A stretch of DNA of 64,000 nt from NCBI RefSeq assembly GCF_009914755.1, contig NC_060931.1. One strand, given 5' to 3'. This stretch comes from the human T2T-CHM13v2.0 reference genome, Homo sapiens. Shown piece after piece: positions 1-12,760 of the stretch; position 1 is the first letter of the stretch; each line of letters begins with the position of its first letter. The notes beneath the pieces were generated by a model that had not been told where the DNA came from, made no database searches, and saw only the letters and a program-made list of their open reading frames with translations. Position numbers and translations under genes: made by a program.

Positions 1-1024
1 CAGCCTCCTAAAAATTAATTTTACTAATAGACATATAAATTCCTGGAAAGCAGGACTGCAGGATCTGATCATATCCCTCTTGTGTCTTTTGTTATTGAGT
101 AGAAATAATTCTTGCAGCTTGATCACCTCTTCATGCTGAAAGATTCATATTTAATAGAGCCAGACTCAGTGGAGTACCAAGTTTTCATTTGTTCCCAATA
201 CTAGTCAGTCACTTTGGTGAGGGTAAATACTACAATAGGCAAATTTTGCTAGTATTTCAAAAACTGATATATTGTGCCCCTCTGCCTTCCACCCACCCCT
301 AACTCAACCTTTGGAACAGTCTTCTTTGCTTTCTAGTCTTTTCCTAATATTCGGTCTCAGGTAGCAGAGATGAGAAAGATGCCCAGAGAATTGGGGTTTG
401 CTATTTAATCTACGCTTCATTCCCCAAATTTGCTTCTGTTTCAGTTCTGTCTGAACGTGGACTTTAGAGAGACTCCTATTGATATTTTTTTGGATGCATG
501 CCTTTATTGGAAGATCCTACTCCCCTTGAAACAATACATTTCTCTTAATAAGACTGAACTCTTTCTCTGTAATCCTGATCAATATTTCTCAGGCTTCTGC
601 TTCCTTTTACTGTGCTGAGAGTTTTTCACATAATTCCTCATATTTTGCTATAGTGAAAGGTACAGTTTATCTAAAAAAGGAGTTTGCTAATACTTTTTGA
701 TTAATAAGTAACATAGTCACAAGTTTGAGGACACAAATCATGAGCTTAAAGCATTACATAGCCTTGGTGCATCCATTGACTTGGTAGCTGACCCTGGAAA
801 TATGGGATTCTTTTCACCCTTTTAGAAAGACATTTTCCAAAACATACCTCTCTTTGAAGAATTTAGTTGAGTGTCTGGAATCTAAAATTTATAACATTAT
901 CATGCATTTGTATAAACTAAAAAATAGATAAAAGGTTATGCATTTGTCATCTACTGGAAGGGAGGTAAGGTAATATTATAAATGCATTTTGCTGAAGTTA
1001 TAAATCATAATGGTGTTACTAGCT

Positions 1025-1239
1025 CAGGGGCTGCCAAACTTTTTCTGTAAAGAGCCAGATAGCAAACATTTTAGCCTTTGCAGGACTACCATCTCTGTGA
1101 CAACTACTTTAATATAAAAGCAGCCACAGGCAATGAAATACATAAACCAATGGGTGTGGTTGTGTTCCAAAAAAACCATTTTTTATAAAAACAAGCAGCA
1201 GGCTGAATTTGGCCCACAGCCATAGTCTGCTGACTCCTT
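1025..1239 (+). mobile_element. MER58A-like hAT-Charlie MITE
   Basis: Begins CAGGGGCTGCCAAACTTTTTCTGTAAAGAGCCAGATAG and ends GTCTGCTGACTCCT (terminal inverted repeats). Internal GTGTGGTTGTGTTCCAA and TTTGGCCCAC match the recalled MER58A consensus. CTAG on both flanks. Confidence 0.88.
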
Positions 1240-1497
1240 CGCTAGATCAGTGTTTTTCAAACTACATATTAGAACCCATTATTAGTGGTCAGTTTTGTGA
1301 AATGTAACAAATATTTTGAGTAAGATAAAATCAAATGAAGTAAAATATCAGCATATATTCCATCGAATAAAAGGACATATCATATGAAATATATGTATGT
1401 GTTTGAGTCAATATTCAATTTTTTTTTGTAGGCTCCAGTCATGGAAGTTTGAAGGCTGCTGGTCAAGAGCAATGAAACTGAGTCCAGCTTTGGATAG

Positions 1498-2090
1498 TGT
1501 GTAGTAATGAATTAACCTTGCCCAAAGAGAGATCCGGCCTTTGCCCTTGGCCACTGGGGAGTAACCTCTAAGCCCTTTGAAAGTTCTGCGTGACAAGAAT
1601 GCCTTTGTTTACCTGGGGCTTTGGGCCATGCAGAAAGTCTATCATGCAGTTCCAGTTTGATTTCTAGGGCCATGTAGTATCAGCTTCATCTGAGAGACTG
1701 GAGGCTGAGACCAGTTGACCAGGGAGCCCCAGTAAAGACTCTGGATACCAAGGCTCAGGTGAGCTTCCTTGGTTGGCCATAGTTCATGTACATTGTCACA
1801 CAGTGTTTTCAAAAGTGTAGTGCTTTCCGTGACTCCACTGAAAGAGGATAACTGGAACCTCCATGTTCAGAACTTTCCTGGACTCCACTCCATGCATCTC
1901 TTCCCTTGGCTGATTTTGATCTGTATTGTTTGGCTTTAACGAACTACCACTGTGATTATAAAAGCCTTCAGTGAGTTATGTGAGTCCTAGTGAATTAGTG
2001 ACTCTAAGGATGGTCTTGGGGAATGCTGAACCTGAATGGGTATCAAAAGTGAAGTCAGTCTCATGGACTGTGTTCTGTTTACCTTCTAAG
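1498..2090 (+). mobile_element. ERVL solo LTR, MER77/MER21/MER68 group (MER77-like)
   Basis: ATTAACCTTGCCCAAAGAGAG, CCCCAGTAAAGACTCTGGATACCAAGGCTCAGGTGAGCTTCC, GACTCCACTGAAAGAGGATAACTGGAA and GGTCTTGGGG are characteristic of this LTR group. Confidence 0.8.
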
Positions 2091-2230
2091 ATAGGTGAGG
2101 AAACCATAAGTCAGATGCTTTCATAAAGGTTGTGGAGCAAATTAGCAGCAAACCCACAATGAGAATATTAGGTTTGTAGTTTCCATATTTAGAGGCTTCT
2201 TTCTTCTCCTGTGCATCTTAATGCTGCTTG

Positions 2231-2450
2231 TCAACATTTGTGGAGTGTATCTGACTTTGTGTTGAAGGCTTTGTACACATTATCTCATTTTATCCTCACA
2301 AAGACCTTATAAAATATGTACTAGGATTAGTGACAAAACTGAGGCTTGAAGAGCTTAGGTAATTTTCCCTGGGTCATACAGGTTTTCAATGATGGAATAC
2401 GGATTCAAACCCAGGGAATCTGATTCAACTTGAGTTACTTTTTTCACTGC
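2231..2450 (-). mobile_element. MIR SINE
   Basis: ATTATCTCATTTTATCCTCACAA...AAACTGAGGCT...GGATTCAAACCCAGG, the reverse complement of the MIR core and tRNA-derived head. Confidence 0.8.
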
Positions 2451-2558
2451 TTGATATTGTTTCTTTTGGGTGTTGTACATTTCCTTCTTTAAAGAAGCTG
2501 AATTTCTTTCATTTGAAACCACCAGGTTACCTGATATATGTGTAAATAACAAATAATT

Positions 2559-2895
2559 GGCCGGGCACGGTGGCTCACGCCTGTAATCCCAGCACTTTGG
2601 GAGGACGAGACGGGCGGATCACGAGGTCAGGAGATTGAGACCATCCTGGCTAACACGGTGAAACCCAGTCTCTACTAAAAATACAAAAAATTAGCCGGGC
2701 GAGGTGGCGGGCGCCTGTAGTCCCAGCTACTCGGGAGGCTGAGGCAGGAGAATGGCGTGAACCCCAGGGGGTGGAGCCTGCAGTGAGCCAAGATCGCGCC
2801 ACTGCACTCCAGCCTGGGTGACAGAGCGAGACTCGGTCTCAAAAAAAAAAAAAAAAAAAAAAAAAGAAACAACAACAACAAAAAAACAAACAAAA
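2559..2895 (+). mobile_element. Full-length AluY, Ye-lineage-like
   Basis: Full dimer with many intact CpGs. AluY diagnostics (ACCATCCTGGCTAACACGG, GGCGTGAACCC) plus GCGAGGTGG and AACCCCAGGGGGTGGAGCCTG. A25 tail at 2841-2865. TSD AACAAATAATT at 2548-2558 and 2896-2906. Confidence 0.96.
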
Positions 2896-3061
2896 AACAA
2901 ATAATTGGATCACATATATAATATATATCTTTTGTATTCCCCTCAGTACACAACATAATTAACACTTAATGAAGAGAGGTTGAAACAATGAATAAGATAT
3001 AGGGTAAAGGGTTAAAGTCCCACATACCTTCTTGGTCTTCCACATTGCTGTTGACACCTTG

Positions 3062-3197
3062 GTTTTCTTCCTCTCCATCTTTGCCTCCATTATCCTCCTC
3101 TTCTTCTTTCTCTTCTTTCTTCTCTATTCTCTCTCCTCCTTTCTCTCACTTCTTCTCATTCTTATCCTTTATATCCATCATCATCATGATTATTATT
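3062..3197. repeat. CT-rich low-complexity tract ending in (CAT)/(TAT) triplets
   Basis: Seen directly. Confidence 0.75.
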
Positions 3198-3600
3198 GCC
3201 AAAAACTGATTAGGCTAATTTCAACCTCCTATATTTCCTAAAAGCTAAGTTAAAACAAAATTTCCGCTGAATGAGGTATTTGGTTGGGCTTTGCTTAAAC
3301 AGATATTTGCTATAATGCTGTCTCTGAGTGTTTTACTGCTATTTACAATACAATGCAACCCAACATTTTCTCTTTTCTTTCCTTTACATATTAGAATAAG
3401 GATACCTAGATGATGTCTGGAATTAGAAAGAAATGGAAAAATAGGCAGAGTATAATTTCTATTAGTATTATTTATAATGGACTTAAACCTGAAGTCAAAG
3501 AACTGTTCTGACTACATAATTTACAGTTCAGGAAAAAGTTTTTACAGGAAAACTCCCTTTTGATGAAACAGTTTTCTTATTTTTTCAATCTTGATTACAG

Positions 3601-3725
3601 AATACAGATAAGGACATTCACCCATTTGGTCACCAGTGGGAAGAAAAACAATGCTTTCCTGCTCCTCTTTTGTTTAATATTCTAGTAAAAGCTGGATACT
3701 TGGGAATGCATAAACCAAGTAATAG
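3601..3725 (+). other. Candidate non-coding exon (125 nt)
   Basis: Acceptor TTTTCTTATTTTTTCAATCTTGATTACAG| and donor TAG|GTAAGC in non-repeat sequence. No transcript evidence available. Confidence 0.3.
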
Positions 3726-3734
3726 GTAAGCATA

Positions 3735-3960
3735 ACACTGATAGTGACTTCTATTTGTATGGTCTTTTGGATGTTTTCTATGCACAGTCACATTATTTCA
3801 TTTGAACCTGAGAAGTAGGAAGAAGTACATATTATACCCCATGACTTATTTTCATCCTGGAAATGAGCAAACTAAGCCCCAGGGTTAAGGGACTTGCCAT
3901 GGGCATGCATCTAACCAGGACTTCTAACTCCAAATACAGCGCTCTTCTCACCACACCCTG
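3735..3960 (-). mobile_element. MIR (MIRc-like)
   Basis: CACATTATTTCATTTGAACCT...AAATGAGCAAACTAAGCCCCAGGGTTAAGGGACTTGCC...CTTCTAACTCCAAATACAGCGCTCTT. Confidence 0.72.
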
Positions 3961-4029
3961 TTTTTACTCTGTTTAAATAAATATTCTCAGTTGGCTTGCT
4001 ATTTTCTCAAATACACATTTTCCCTGAAC

Positions 4030-4213
4030 CAAGAGTTCTTAACCTGTAATATACATGGATCTACATGAATGAGTTTCAGGAGTCAGATAACCTTCTAAAA
4101 TAGAATTTTAAATGTTGTGTGTATGTGCTGCTCTCTCCTGTGCTCCTCCTTGTGACAATCTACTTTTTTCATCTCAGAAGTGTCAACAAGACAAACATGG
4201 TTAGGATCTCTTA
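4030..4213 (+). mobile_element. hAT-Charlie MITE (Charlie4z-like)
   Basis: CAAGAGTTCTTAACCTG...TTGTGTGTATGTGC...GGTTAGGATCTCTT, a degenerate Charlie-type terminus and body. Confidence 0.55.
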
Positions 4214-4894
4214 CCTTAGCAGGGAAAGTGCTTATATCCTTTTCCCATATGAAAGGGATAACTTTGGGACTTTAGTTTAGACCTTGTTGCTGTTTCACTG
4301 TGTTGGAGACTTGCAGAAGATTAGGAATACCCTCCACTGTGCCTTGTCTAGCTTCCACTCCACAGTCATCAAACTGACTCATCTTCTCAATCATTTCCTC
4401 CCATTAGCTTTCCCTGTCATCACAATCACTCAAAGAAGCTGCTCCTTCTGCCACCAAAAAAAATGTTAATGGATAGAAGGGCTCCCCACTGCCATATTCT
4501 GATCACAACTTGTTGCCTTTACTTATTGACACTTGAACTCTATGCCTTCCTCTCTCTTTGGTTGCAGTCACCTGCTCAACTGACTTTTTCCTTAGTGACA
4601 TCAACGTATGGCTCAGAGACCTCAACTCCACTCTTCCTCCTTGTCTCCTGTCAACTTCAAGTTCTAAGAGTATGACTCTTCTAACACTAAACCTTAGAAT
4701 GTATCAATCTCCCTAACTTGAGTGATTACAATACTAATATTATACTTTCTGCTGTTCTATTATACTGTGCTACTTTAAAGTATTTTAGTATAGTTGGTAA
4801 TATCTACCAATTTTGGATATTAATGATCTCTATTTTGCAGCTAGAGAGTATTAAAATTTTGAAGAAAATGACTACACTTTTTAATGCAACACTA

Positions 4895-5085
4895 ACCTGT
4901 GGTGTTAGAAGTAAAGCTCGAGTCTGCTCTTTGGAGTGTAGTATGAAAGAGAACATGAAAGGGGCTTCTGGGTTGCTGGTCATATTTTGGTATTGAATGG
5001 CAGCCCTCGTGACAGAGTTGTATTCACTTTGTGAAAATTTCTTGCACTGTTTACGTTTAGTTTATGTGCACTTCCACTATCACTT
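4895..5085 (+). mobile_element. L1ME 3' end fragment
   Basis: GGTGTTAGAAGT...GGGGCTTCTGGGTTGCTGGTCATATT...TATTCACTTTGTGAAAATT...TATGTGCACTT. Confidence 0.75.
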
Positions 5086-7309
5086 TGAAAGTGTTCTGAC
5101 TTCATTTCTTCCCTGTTAAATATCTAAAAGTATTTCTATTTAAAATCTGATTTCCCTGGTTAATAGCGAGCCAAGCAACTTTTCTTATGATTTACTCATT
5201 TGTAGTTCCCCAAAGCTAGTTTGGCCCACACTTCCTGAGGTTCATGATAGGATTTTCTTTAGAATTGTTGGGGGAGGGAATCCGGAGAATAGGGGACCGT
5301 GTGGCAGGGGGATTCCTGAGTACAAGCAAGTAATGAAGGGTGAGAGGTCGTCGCCTTGTCTAACCCCCATACCGTCTCTGTAGGCTGATTAATGATGCGC
5401 TTCACTCTCATTTCTTCTTATTCAAAGTCTGATAAATTGTCAGGGGCTTGACCCCTGGTGCTCTTAAATGATTTATTTAAACCAGGACTTATTTTTATCA
5501 ATCATCTGAGCCAGAGGTCCAAGGCACCTCAGGTCTGTACCCTGACCCTCTTTCAGGGGAAGCAGCACCTTGGGCAGAATGTAGAATATGAAGACAACCA
5601 CCTTTTGCTCTGCGATAAATCGTTAACTGAAATATCAAATATCAGTACTGTCTTTGCCCTTCAGTGTTGGAGTTGCTGCTGAGTTTCCCTTACCTTTCCT
5701 TCCTCTTCATCTCTGCCAGCACTGGCTTATCTTAAAATCCTCCCACCTTCAATATCTCAAACATGTGAGTTTTCCAGGCCTCCATCTCTCCCTTTCCCTT
5801 ACATAAATCCTGGTATGTGTCCACATCCTACTCTAGTCTCTCTGTTTCTCCTGATTTTCCCCCACCTTCTGATTTTCTTTGCCTCGACCAGCCTGCCCCA
5901 GGTGATCAGCCATTTTCACCTCATACCACATCACTTCAGTGTCCGGTTCTTTATGATTCCCGGGGCTTACTTTCTCAAGGTCACCTCTAGTTCTGAATTC
6001 CACCCCCAGTTCCTCCCTGTAGCCCACTCACCTCTCACCTCTTGCTGCTGTTCTTTTCTGAGTCTTTCCTTCATTTCCCCAAAACTTTGCTCCCAAGGCA
6101 TTTCTGTCTGTAGAAAATATTGTTCATGACTTGGGTGAAAGGGAGTTTACGAGATAAGAGAAAACAAGGTCAAATTGAGCACCAGACATCTCTGTACATG
6201 GAGGTCTTTCAGTTCTTCAAGTTGTGCTGTCCAGTCCTTCTCCAACATTTCTTTCTTTCTTCCCTTTATTTTCCATTCTAGTTCACCTCCAAATTTTAGT
6301 TAATTTCTAATGGAAATCAGTCAATTTAACTATTGTTTTGCTTCTCTTCTTTCAGTGACTCAACTTTCATTTCCTCTGTTTCACCAAAACTGTTTTTAAG
6401 GTATTTTTTAAAAGACAGCTCTTTTCCTAATATAAACTCATATGCAATTTTTCTCTCTTTGGTTGTAGTTGTAAAGCATCCACCTCTTTTTTCTTTTTTT
6501 AAAAAAAAATTTCTGTCAAGCCTGCATGTCTATTTTCTTAAGAAGTAGGGGTAGAGCAAAGTACTTAGAAATCCAAAGCTGATATATTCATCTGTAAATA
6601 AGTCTCTGCCTCACCATCTTAGTGAGTTCATTTTCCTTTTGCTTTCAAACTTCACCTCCAACTCCTCTCTTCCTTTTCTGTCTTTACCTGTTTTTGTTTG
6701 GAAACTGCCATCGCCCTCAGCCTTCATCTTGGCTTGCTTGCAGAGCTTCCCCTTGGATGACCTCTCTCCCTCAACAGCAAATCCCTGACACCAACTCATT
6801 TCTGATTATTGGCCTTTGTTCCCAGACTTTCTTTGGGGTAACTGTATTTCACCCATGGCATGCTCTTGCTGCATGCTCTTGCTGGCCCAGCAGCCTTTGC
6901 TAAATCTATCATCTTCAGCTTCCCTTCCTCCTAATCAGCTCACAGCTAAGAGATTAGGGTTCCATTTGAACCAGCTCCTCCATGGAGGCTGCTGTGTCCT
7001 CCCTCCTCTTCTCTCCATGCCTCCTCCACCTTCTTTCCCTTCTTCACTCTGTTGGTCAAAACATATTGAATGTAGACCAGCTGCCTTTCAGTACTAAAGA
7101 GACCAGGATGAATAAGTCCATGTCTGCTATCTTGGTGCTCATAGTCTAATGGGAAAGAAAATTGACTAGGTAATCGCACAGGAGTCTTTAGTGGTTCCCA
7201 GTAACAGTATGATGATATTTTCTTATTTTCTTATTAAATTATTGTTTTCTGTATTATTAGTAGCAAGTATATATTTCCCACTTGAACCTTATCACCCCAT
7301 TTTTCAAAA

Positions 7310-8148
7310 CAATTTCAGCTTTTATTTTAGGTTCGGGGGTACAGTTGCAGGTCTGTTATCTGAGTATATCACATGATGCTGAGGTTTGGGGAATGAATGA
7401 TCCCATCATCCAGGTACTGAGCATGGTACCCAATAGTAGTTTTTCAGCCCTTGCCCTCTCCCTCCCTCCCTCTCCCCTCCAATAGTCACCAACATCTATT
7501 ATTATTACTATCTTTATGTCCATGAGTACCCATTGTTTAGATCCCACTTATAAGGTTTGGTTTTCTGTTCTTACATTGATTAGCTTAGGATACTGGCCTC
7601 CAGCTGCATTCATGTTGCTGCAAACGACATGAATTTGTTCTTTTTTATGGCTGCATAGTATTCCATGCTGTACAGGTACCACAATTTCTTTATCCAGTCC
7701 ACTGTTGATGGGCACCTCGGTTGATTCCATATATTTGCTATTGTAAATAGTACTATGATGAACATGTGAGTGTATGTGTATTTTTGGTAGGACAATTTTT
7801 AAAATATATATATACCCAGTAATAAGACTGGGTGAAATGGTAGTTCTGTTTTAAGTTCTTTGAGCAATTTCCAAGCTATTTTCCACAGTGGCTGAGCTAA
7901 TTTACATTCCCTCCAACAGTGTATAAGCTTTCCTTTTTCTCCACAGCCTGCTCAGCATCTGTTGTTTTTTGACTTTTTAGCAGCAGCCATTATGACTGGT
8001 GTGAGATGGTGTTAATATCTCATTGTGGTTTTGACTTGCATTTCTCTGGTGATTAGTAATGTTGAACATATTTTTGTATGTTTTTTGACCACTAGTATGT
8101 CTTCTTTTGAGAAGTGACTGTTTGTGTCTTTTGCTTACGTTTTAATGG
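7310..8148 (-). mobile_element. L1PA15/16-like, 5'-truncated
   Basis: CTTTTATTTTAGGTTCGGGGGTACA...ATGATGCTGAGGTTTGGGG...CCCACTTATAAG...ATTTACATTCCCTCCAACAGTGTATAAG, the antisense L1 3' UTR and ORF2 C-terminus. Supplied ORF 7610-7795 reads WNQPRCPSTVDWIKKLWY. Confidence 0.93.
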
Positions 8149-8804
8149 TCACTCCAAATATTTACAAGTTGAAAATGGGACCGGTTGAGCTATCAAATAC
8201 CAGGAGGGTAGAGAAATGGAACACCTGATCAGTTTACATTTTCTGTTGCTTCTGAACAGTCCAGTCAAAGTTTCTTCATTTTTCAGTAATGTGCTTGTTG
8301 AACTGAATCCCATTTATTTCAAGCTTAGGCCCAAATTTGATGGCTCCCTTGTTTGAGTCACACATATGTTCACTAACTATGCACCAAAGCACAAGCCTGA
8401 GATAACTGCTGTGCCAGCCACCCAACAATGGATCACAAGTTGCCAGCACATAATGGGTTCTCCAGCACATAATCGATTCTGCCCTATGAGTGCATTTCTC
8501 TTTGAGACCTTTGGCATCTTTTCTTGCCTGCCAACTTTGTGTTACATTGGTCCAATCCAACAGATATTTTAGCATCAAATATTAGGGAGCAGGAGTTCAT
8601 TCCCTCCCATAAGGCTCTGAACTTCTTATGAAAATTGGTTTACTTCCTCCTCTATGATCAGCTTTGGGCAGCAACATGTGATGTGAGCAGGCTTCCTTAG
8701 GTCATATCAGTGGATCCTACTGGCAGGCACTCTGAAAGAGAGTGCAGGAGTGAGCCTTTCCGGACTAAAGTAGGCCTATAGGTAATTTACTTTTGTTTCC
8801 TCAG

Positions 8805-8862
8805 GAAGAAAAGAGGTGGCCACTTCGAGTACAAGTCACTCAGTTACATATAAGATAGTGTG
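8805..8862 (+). other. Candidate non-coding exon (58 nt)
   Basis: Acceptor TTTACTTTTGTTTCCTCAG| and donor GTG|GTAAGA. Confidence 0.28.
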
Positions 8863-9769
8863 GTAAGAAAGTTATAACGATTGACATAAAATTCCATAGC
8901 CTCTTGCCAAGAAGGTGACCATCCTTGTCTTATCATGGCGTTGAGTTTCATCTGCACTTGAGGTGTTGGTTAGATGAGAAGAAAACCTGACTAACCTTTG
9001 CTGCACACTGGGGTTCTTTTATTTCTCACTTGAATTCTTTACTGTATCATTTACAAACCTTCTCTCTTTTCTTCAAGAGTCCAGCACTATTTCAGCCTGC
9101 CATCTTGCTGGCAAATGTCCTACACGTCTACTCAGTGGAAAAGTTTGAAAATATCAGATGTACATTCCCCTAATTTTTCTCCTACCTACATGAGAATGTG
9201 TTAATTGTTCATCTTTCTTTCCTGGTCCTTCTCTTTTTCGATGGAGAAACAAGTGTCTCGTTGTTTTCTGTTCTTGTTTTTGGTTTTGTTTCTTTTACTA
9301 AGCCTGTGTTTTTGAACTCCGGTGTCTGTGGATCTCCTGGGACCTAAGTTATACCTTCTTGTCTTAGATTTTCTACCTCTTGCCCTCAATTGGTTATGTT
9401 TCTTTTTTCTGCCTAAAAACATGATTTGTACAATCTACCTAAATCAATAATAACAACAATTGTAACAACAAAGCAAAAGAAGAAATTTTTCTTTGTTCCT
9501 GCTTCCTGTGAGAGCAATACTCTCTATGGTTTTATTCAATTTCAGATCTTTTTATCATCAGGTATTTCATTGATTATATAATTTGCCTGCCTCCATTCCT
9601 TACTAATTAATCATACTTAACAATAATATTATTCTTAAATACATGCATTTCTTTCTCATCTTTTAAACGAGTCTCCATTTTTTCAGAAGAGAAAAATTAA
9701 ATTCTATTTCTTTTGAAATATTACAATCTTATTCTCACTACCAACTTTCTCTCTATGACTTTCCAACTG

Positions 9770-10290
9770 CCAAGTCCAGTGTATTGAAAGTCTCATTCAC
9801 TTGTGACCTTCTATATAACTGGAATCTGGTTTCTACTCAAAGCCTTTTCCTCCTTTGACATCAAAACCTCGCCTACCATGCTCCTCTGCTTGCCTCTGCC
9901 ATTTGGAGCTTTTCCAACTTATTTGATAGCAACACTTTTCAGGCTCTTATACACAGACATACCATGATCCCTGTCTTACACACTTCTTTCTTTATCCTTC
10001 TGCATGCAGAAACTCACCACCAATCCAAAATACATTTCCCCTTACAGAAACCCTCAATTGCCTTATTTTGCCTTCTAATTTAAGTACAAACTATTTGGCT
10101 TCATGGTTCCACAACACACATTTTGGATCTCCTATGCCAGTATTTTCTACTTTTGTTCATCTGTATATACCTATCCAGAAACAGCTGGTTGATAGCTAAG
10201 TAAATCTTAAGCTTCTCTGTCTCCCAGTCACTGTGATACTATTTATTCTGTCTGAAAGTCTACTTGTCTCTCCCCTTCTCGCCACCTGTC
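9770..10290 (+). mobile_element. Highly degenerate L2 fragments
   Basis: Pyrimidine-rich with L2-like motifs (TGCCAAGTCCAGTG, AAACCCTCAATTGCCTT...AAGTACAAACT). Confidence 0.4.
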
Positions 10291-11097
10291 AAGGTGACTG
10301 AGGCTAGAACGCAGACTGTTCAAGGGCATGACAACGACTTGTGGGTTAAATAGAAACTTGCTTAGTAACTAGCCTTTCTTGATATATTATTCTTGAACAA
10401 GTTCATTTTGTTTTTTCTCATCTTTCAAAGAAGTCTCCATTTTTAAGGGAAAAACTGTAAATTCTATTCCATTTAAGGAAATGTCCCATGATATTAGAAA
10501 GCAAGTTTATTCCTTTTTGGATTAAGAAATTTAAAATGGTTAATGTATATTTTATTTTTCAGTGAGAAAGTTAAAACTGCACTAGAATGACATTCCTCAC
10601 TTCTTTCTTTTGTTTTCTATTTAAATTGTACATTTTGCTGTGTGCTAAAGCACTGGACTCTGTATTATAGAGAGACTGTGGGTGGTATGCATTTTGTGAC
10701 CGTGTTAGTTAAAGCATGATCATACTGTTGACTGGTTTGGCTTAGACAGTAGGAAACATCTGGCAGTTTCCTGATATTTATCAAGACAGAACTGTGCTTC
10801 CTTTAAAAACAGTTTCACATGAACAATGCACTACATAATAGCAGAGGAATTTTATAACAACAAGTATAAAAACAAGAATGTGACTATTAAATATAGACAT
10901 TAATTTTATAATGTTAATCAAAAAGTTAACTCTTTTTGATTATAAAGTTATACTCTAGAAATATATCAATGTTTATATTATAAATCCAGAACAGAGTGTT
11001 TGTTCTTGCTGAAAAGAATATCAGAAAATTGATCTGAGATAGTAGAGCAAACTTTGATTTATAATTCTTTGACTGTAATGTTCAAATATATTTACCT

Positions 11098-11250
11098 AGC
11101 CTGGCATAGTGGCATGTGTGCTTGCAGTCCCAGCTACTTGGGAGGCTGAAGGAGGTGGATCACTTTGAGCCCAGGAGTTCGAAGCTGTTGTGAGCTATGA
11201 TTACACACTGCACTCCAGCCTGGGCAACAGAGCAATACCTTGACTCTAAA
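11098..11250 (+). mobile_element. Free right Alu monomer (FRAM) or AluJ right arm
   Basis: GCCTGGCATAGTGGC...GTCCCAGCTACTTGGGAGGCTG...TTGAGCCCAGGAGTTCGAAGCTG..GTGAGCTATGAT...CACTCCAGCCTGGGCAACAGAGC. No left arm. Confidence 0.9.
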
Positions 11251-11506
11251 GCCAGTCCCAAATGAACTTGGAAGGAATAAGAATAGATTGGATAAGTGAG
11301 TGGGGTCTGATTTTTTTCTTTTTGAACCCTGTAGGTTTCAAATCCCAAGTTCCAAGGTCTATATCTTTCAGCTAAGGAACCTTAAAGTAGGGTGGCTTTT
11401 TATGACTTTTCCACTTTCATATAAATCTGTGATGGATACCTAAATGTGGCCTTGCTTCTGATCTGTATGTCAGAAAATTGGACTAAATAACTTACAGTTA
11501 TGGTTC

Positions 11507-11681
11507 CAGAGTTAGCAAATATATCAACCCTTTATGCTTGGCTCAAAGTAGATATTGCTAATCAGTCACTGAGAGCTCTCTTACCGAGCTAGAACAGCCC
11601 TCATAATCTTTTCCAATAGCACTGCAGGTTTACTAATCAATTGGAGTTGACATGACATGTTAAACCTATTTGCTTTCCCAG
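11507..11681 (-). mobile_element. hAT-Charlie MITE (Charlie15a-like)
   Basis: Inverted termini CAGAGTTAGCAAATA / TATTTGCTTTCCCAG. The minus strand reads GCAAATAGGTTT...CAACTCCAATTGATTAGTA...GATTAGCAATATCT. Confidence 0.62.
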
Positions 11682-12299
11682 GTTTAGACTTTCCAAAATA
11701 TAGCAAATACAATCATTTGGGCAAAACTTATCATTAATCGCTTTCCAAAAGAAATGCTGAAAAACTATTTTGGCAGCCCCTCCTCTCTGCCTAATACATG
11801 GCTATTTTAGGAGACATATAACTGCATGTGATCTGATTCCTCCCTTATCTTTCTTTTCCAGTAGTGTCTGCAAAGTTTATCTCATCCAGTTTGAATAGAC
11901 TTCTGAGCACATCGCTCTCAGGTCTTCACAGCTAATCTATTTTCAACCACGATATAACTTCCTATATCCAAGACAAGGTGTCCTTCCTTTTTAAAATAAC
12001 TTATCTTTCCCAGTTCCTTTAATTCCTTTAGTTTCTTCCGTTTTCCTAAATGTTCATCACTTAGTCACTTCTTTACCTTATTATGTCTCTTCTCTCCAAT
12101 AATTGCCCCTCCTCACTAAAAATATGCTGTCAGTTTTTCCTTGGCTTTAACCAAGCATGCAAAGCCACAGACTTTTCACCAATTCTACTCCCTACTTAAA
12201 CTAGCACATTATAACATTTTTCCCCCTTTAACCACAATGTCTGTTAAAACACCAGGCTGTTTCATCAATCTCTTCTTAATTCCTTGCAAGGATTTTTAA

Positions 12300-12760
12300 A
12301 CTCTTGGAATTTGCCAAATGCTTTCTTTTCCTTTTAGCCTCTCAGTAGCATTCTTGACCTGCTCCGTTTCTCTGGCTTATCTAGCCCTGCACAAAATGAA
12401 TTTCTTCTTTGCTTGTTCTTTTTGTGTTTCCTTTGTTAACATTTTATATAATTCCTAAGGCCTTATTCTTGACTTTCTTCTCTTCCCCTTCTCTACGTCC
12501 TTCTCTTTGGAAAACTCAACTTTGAAATTTTCAGCTATCATCTCTTTACAGCTTTCAAATTAATGTGAGTACTCCAGGCTTCACTCTTAGAGGTGAGTTT
12601 CACATTTTCAACTCCCCTTCTGAACATAAACAGTGACTTTCTTTTTCCAATTACTTTTAACCTTAAGGAGACTTTTTAACCTGTGTTTTCATCTGTTGCA
12701 TATCAGGCATGCCAAATTTAGTTGCTGTCCTTCAGTGTGTTTTCTGGGCCCCATTCTTCC
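12300..12760 (+). mobile_element. L2 fragment
   Basis: CCTCTCAGTAGCATT...TTCCTAAGGCCTTATTCTTGAC...TTTCAGCTATCATCTCT...TCAAATT...TTTCAACT, the L2 RT-region pattern. Confidence 0.55.

Noticed and set aside
7301-7340. Similarity to 29711-30040 (AAAACAATTTC...CTTTTATTTTAG) as a segmental duplication
   Set aside because: Both are tails of related L1PA elements, and the flanks are unrelated.
8276-8578. Overlapping 100-aa and 68-aa ORFs in unique sequence
   Set aside because: No recognisable domain or splice context, and the lengths are within chance range for 64 kb.
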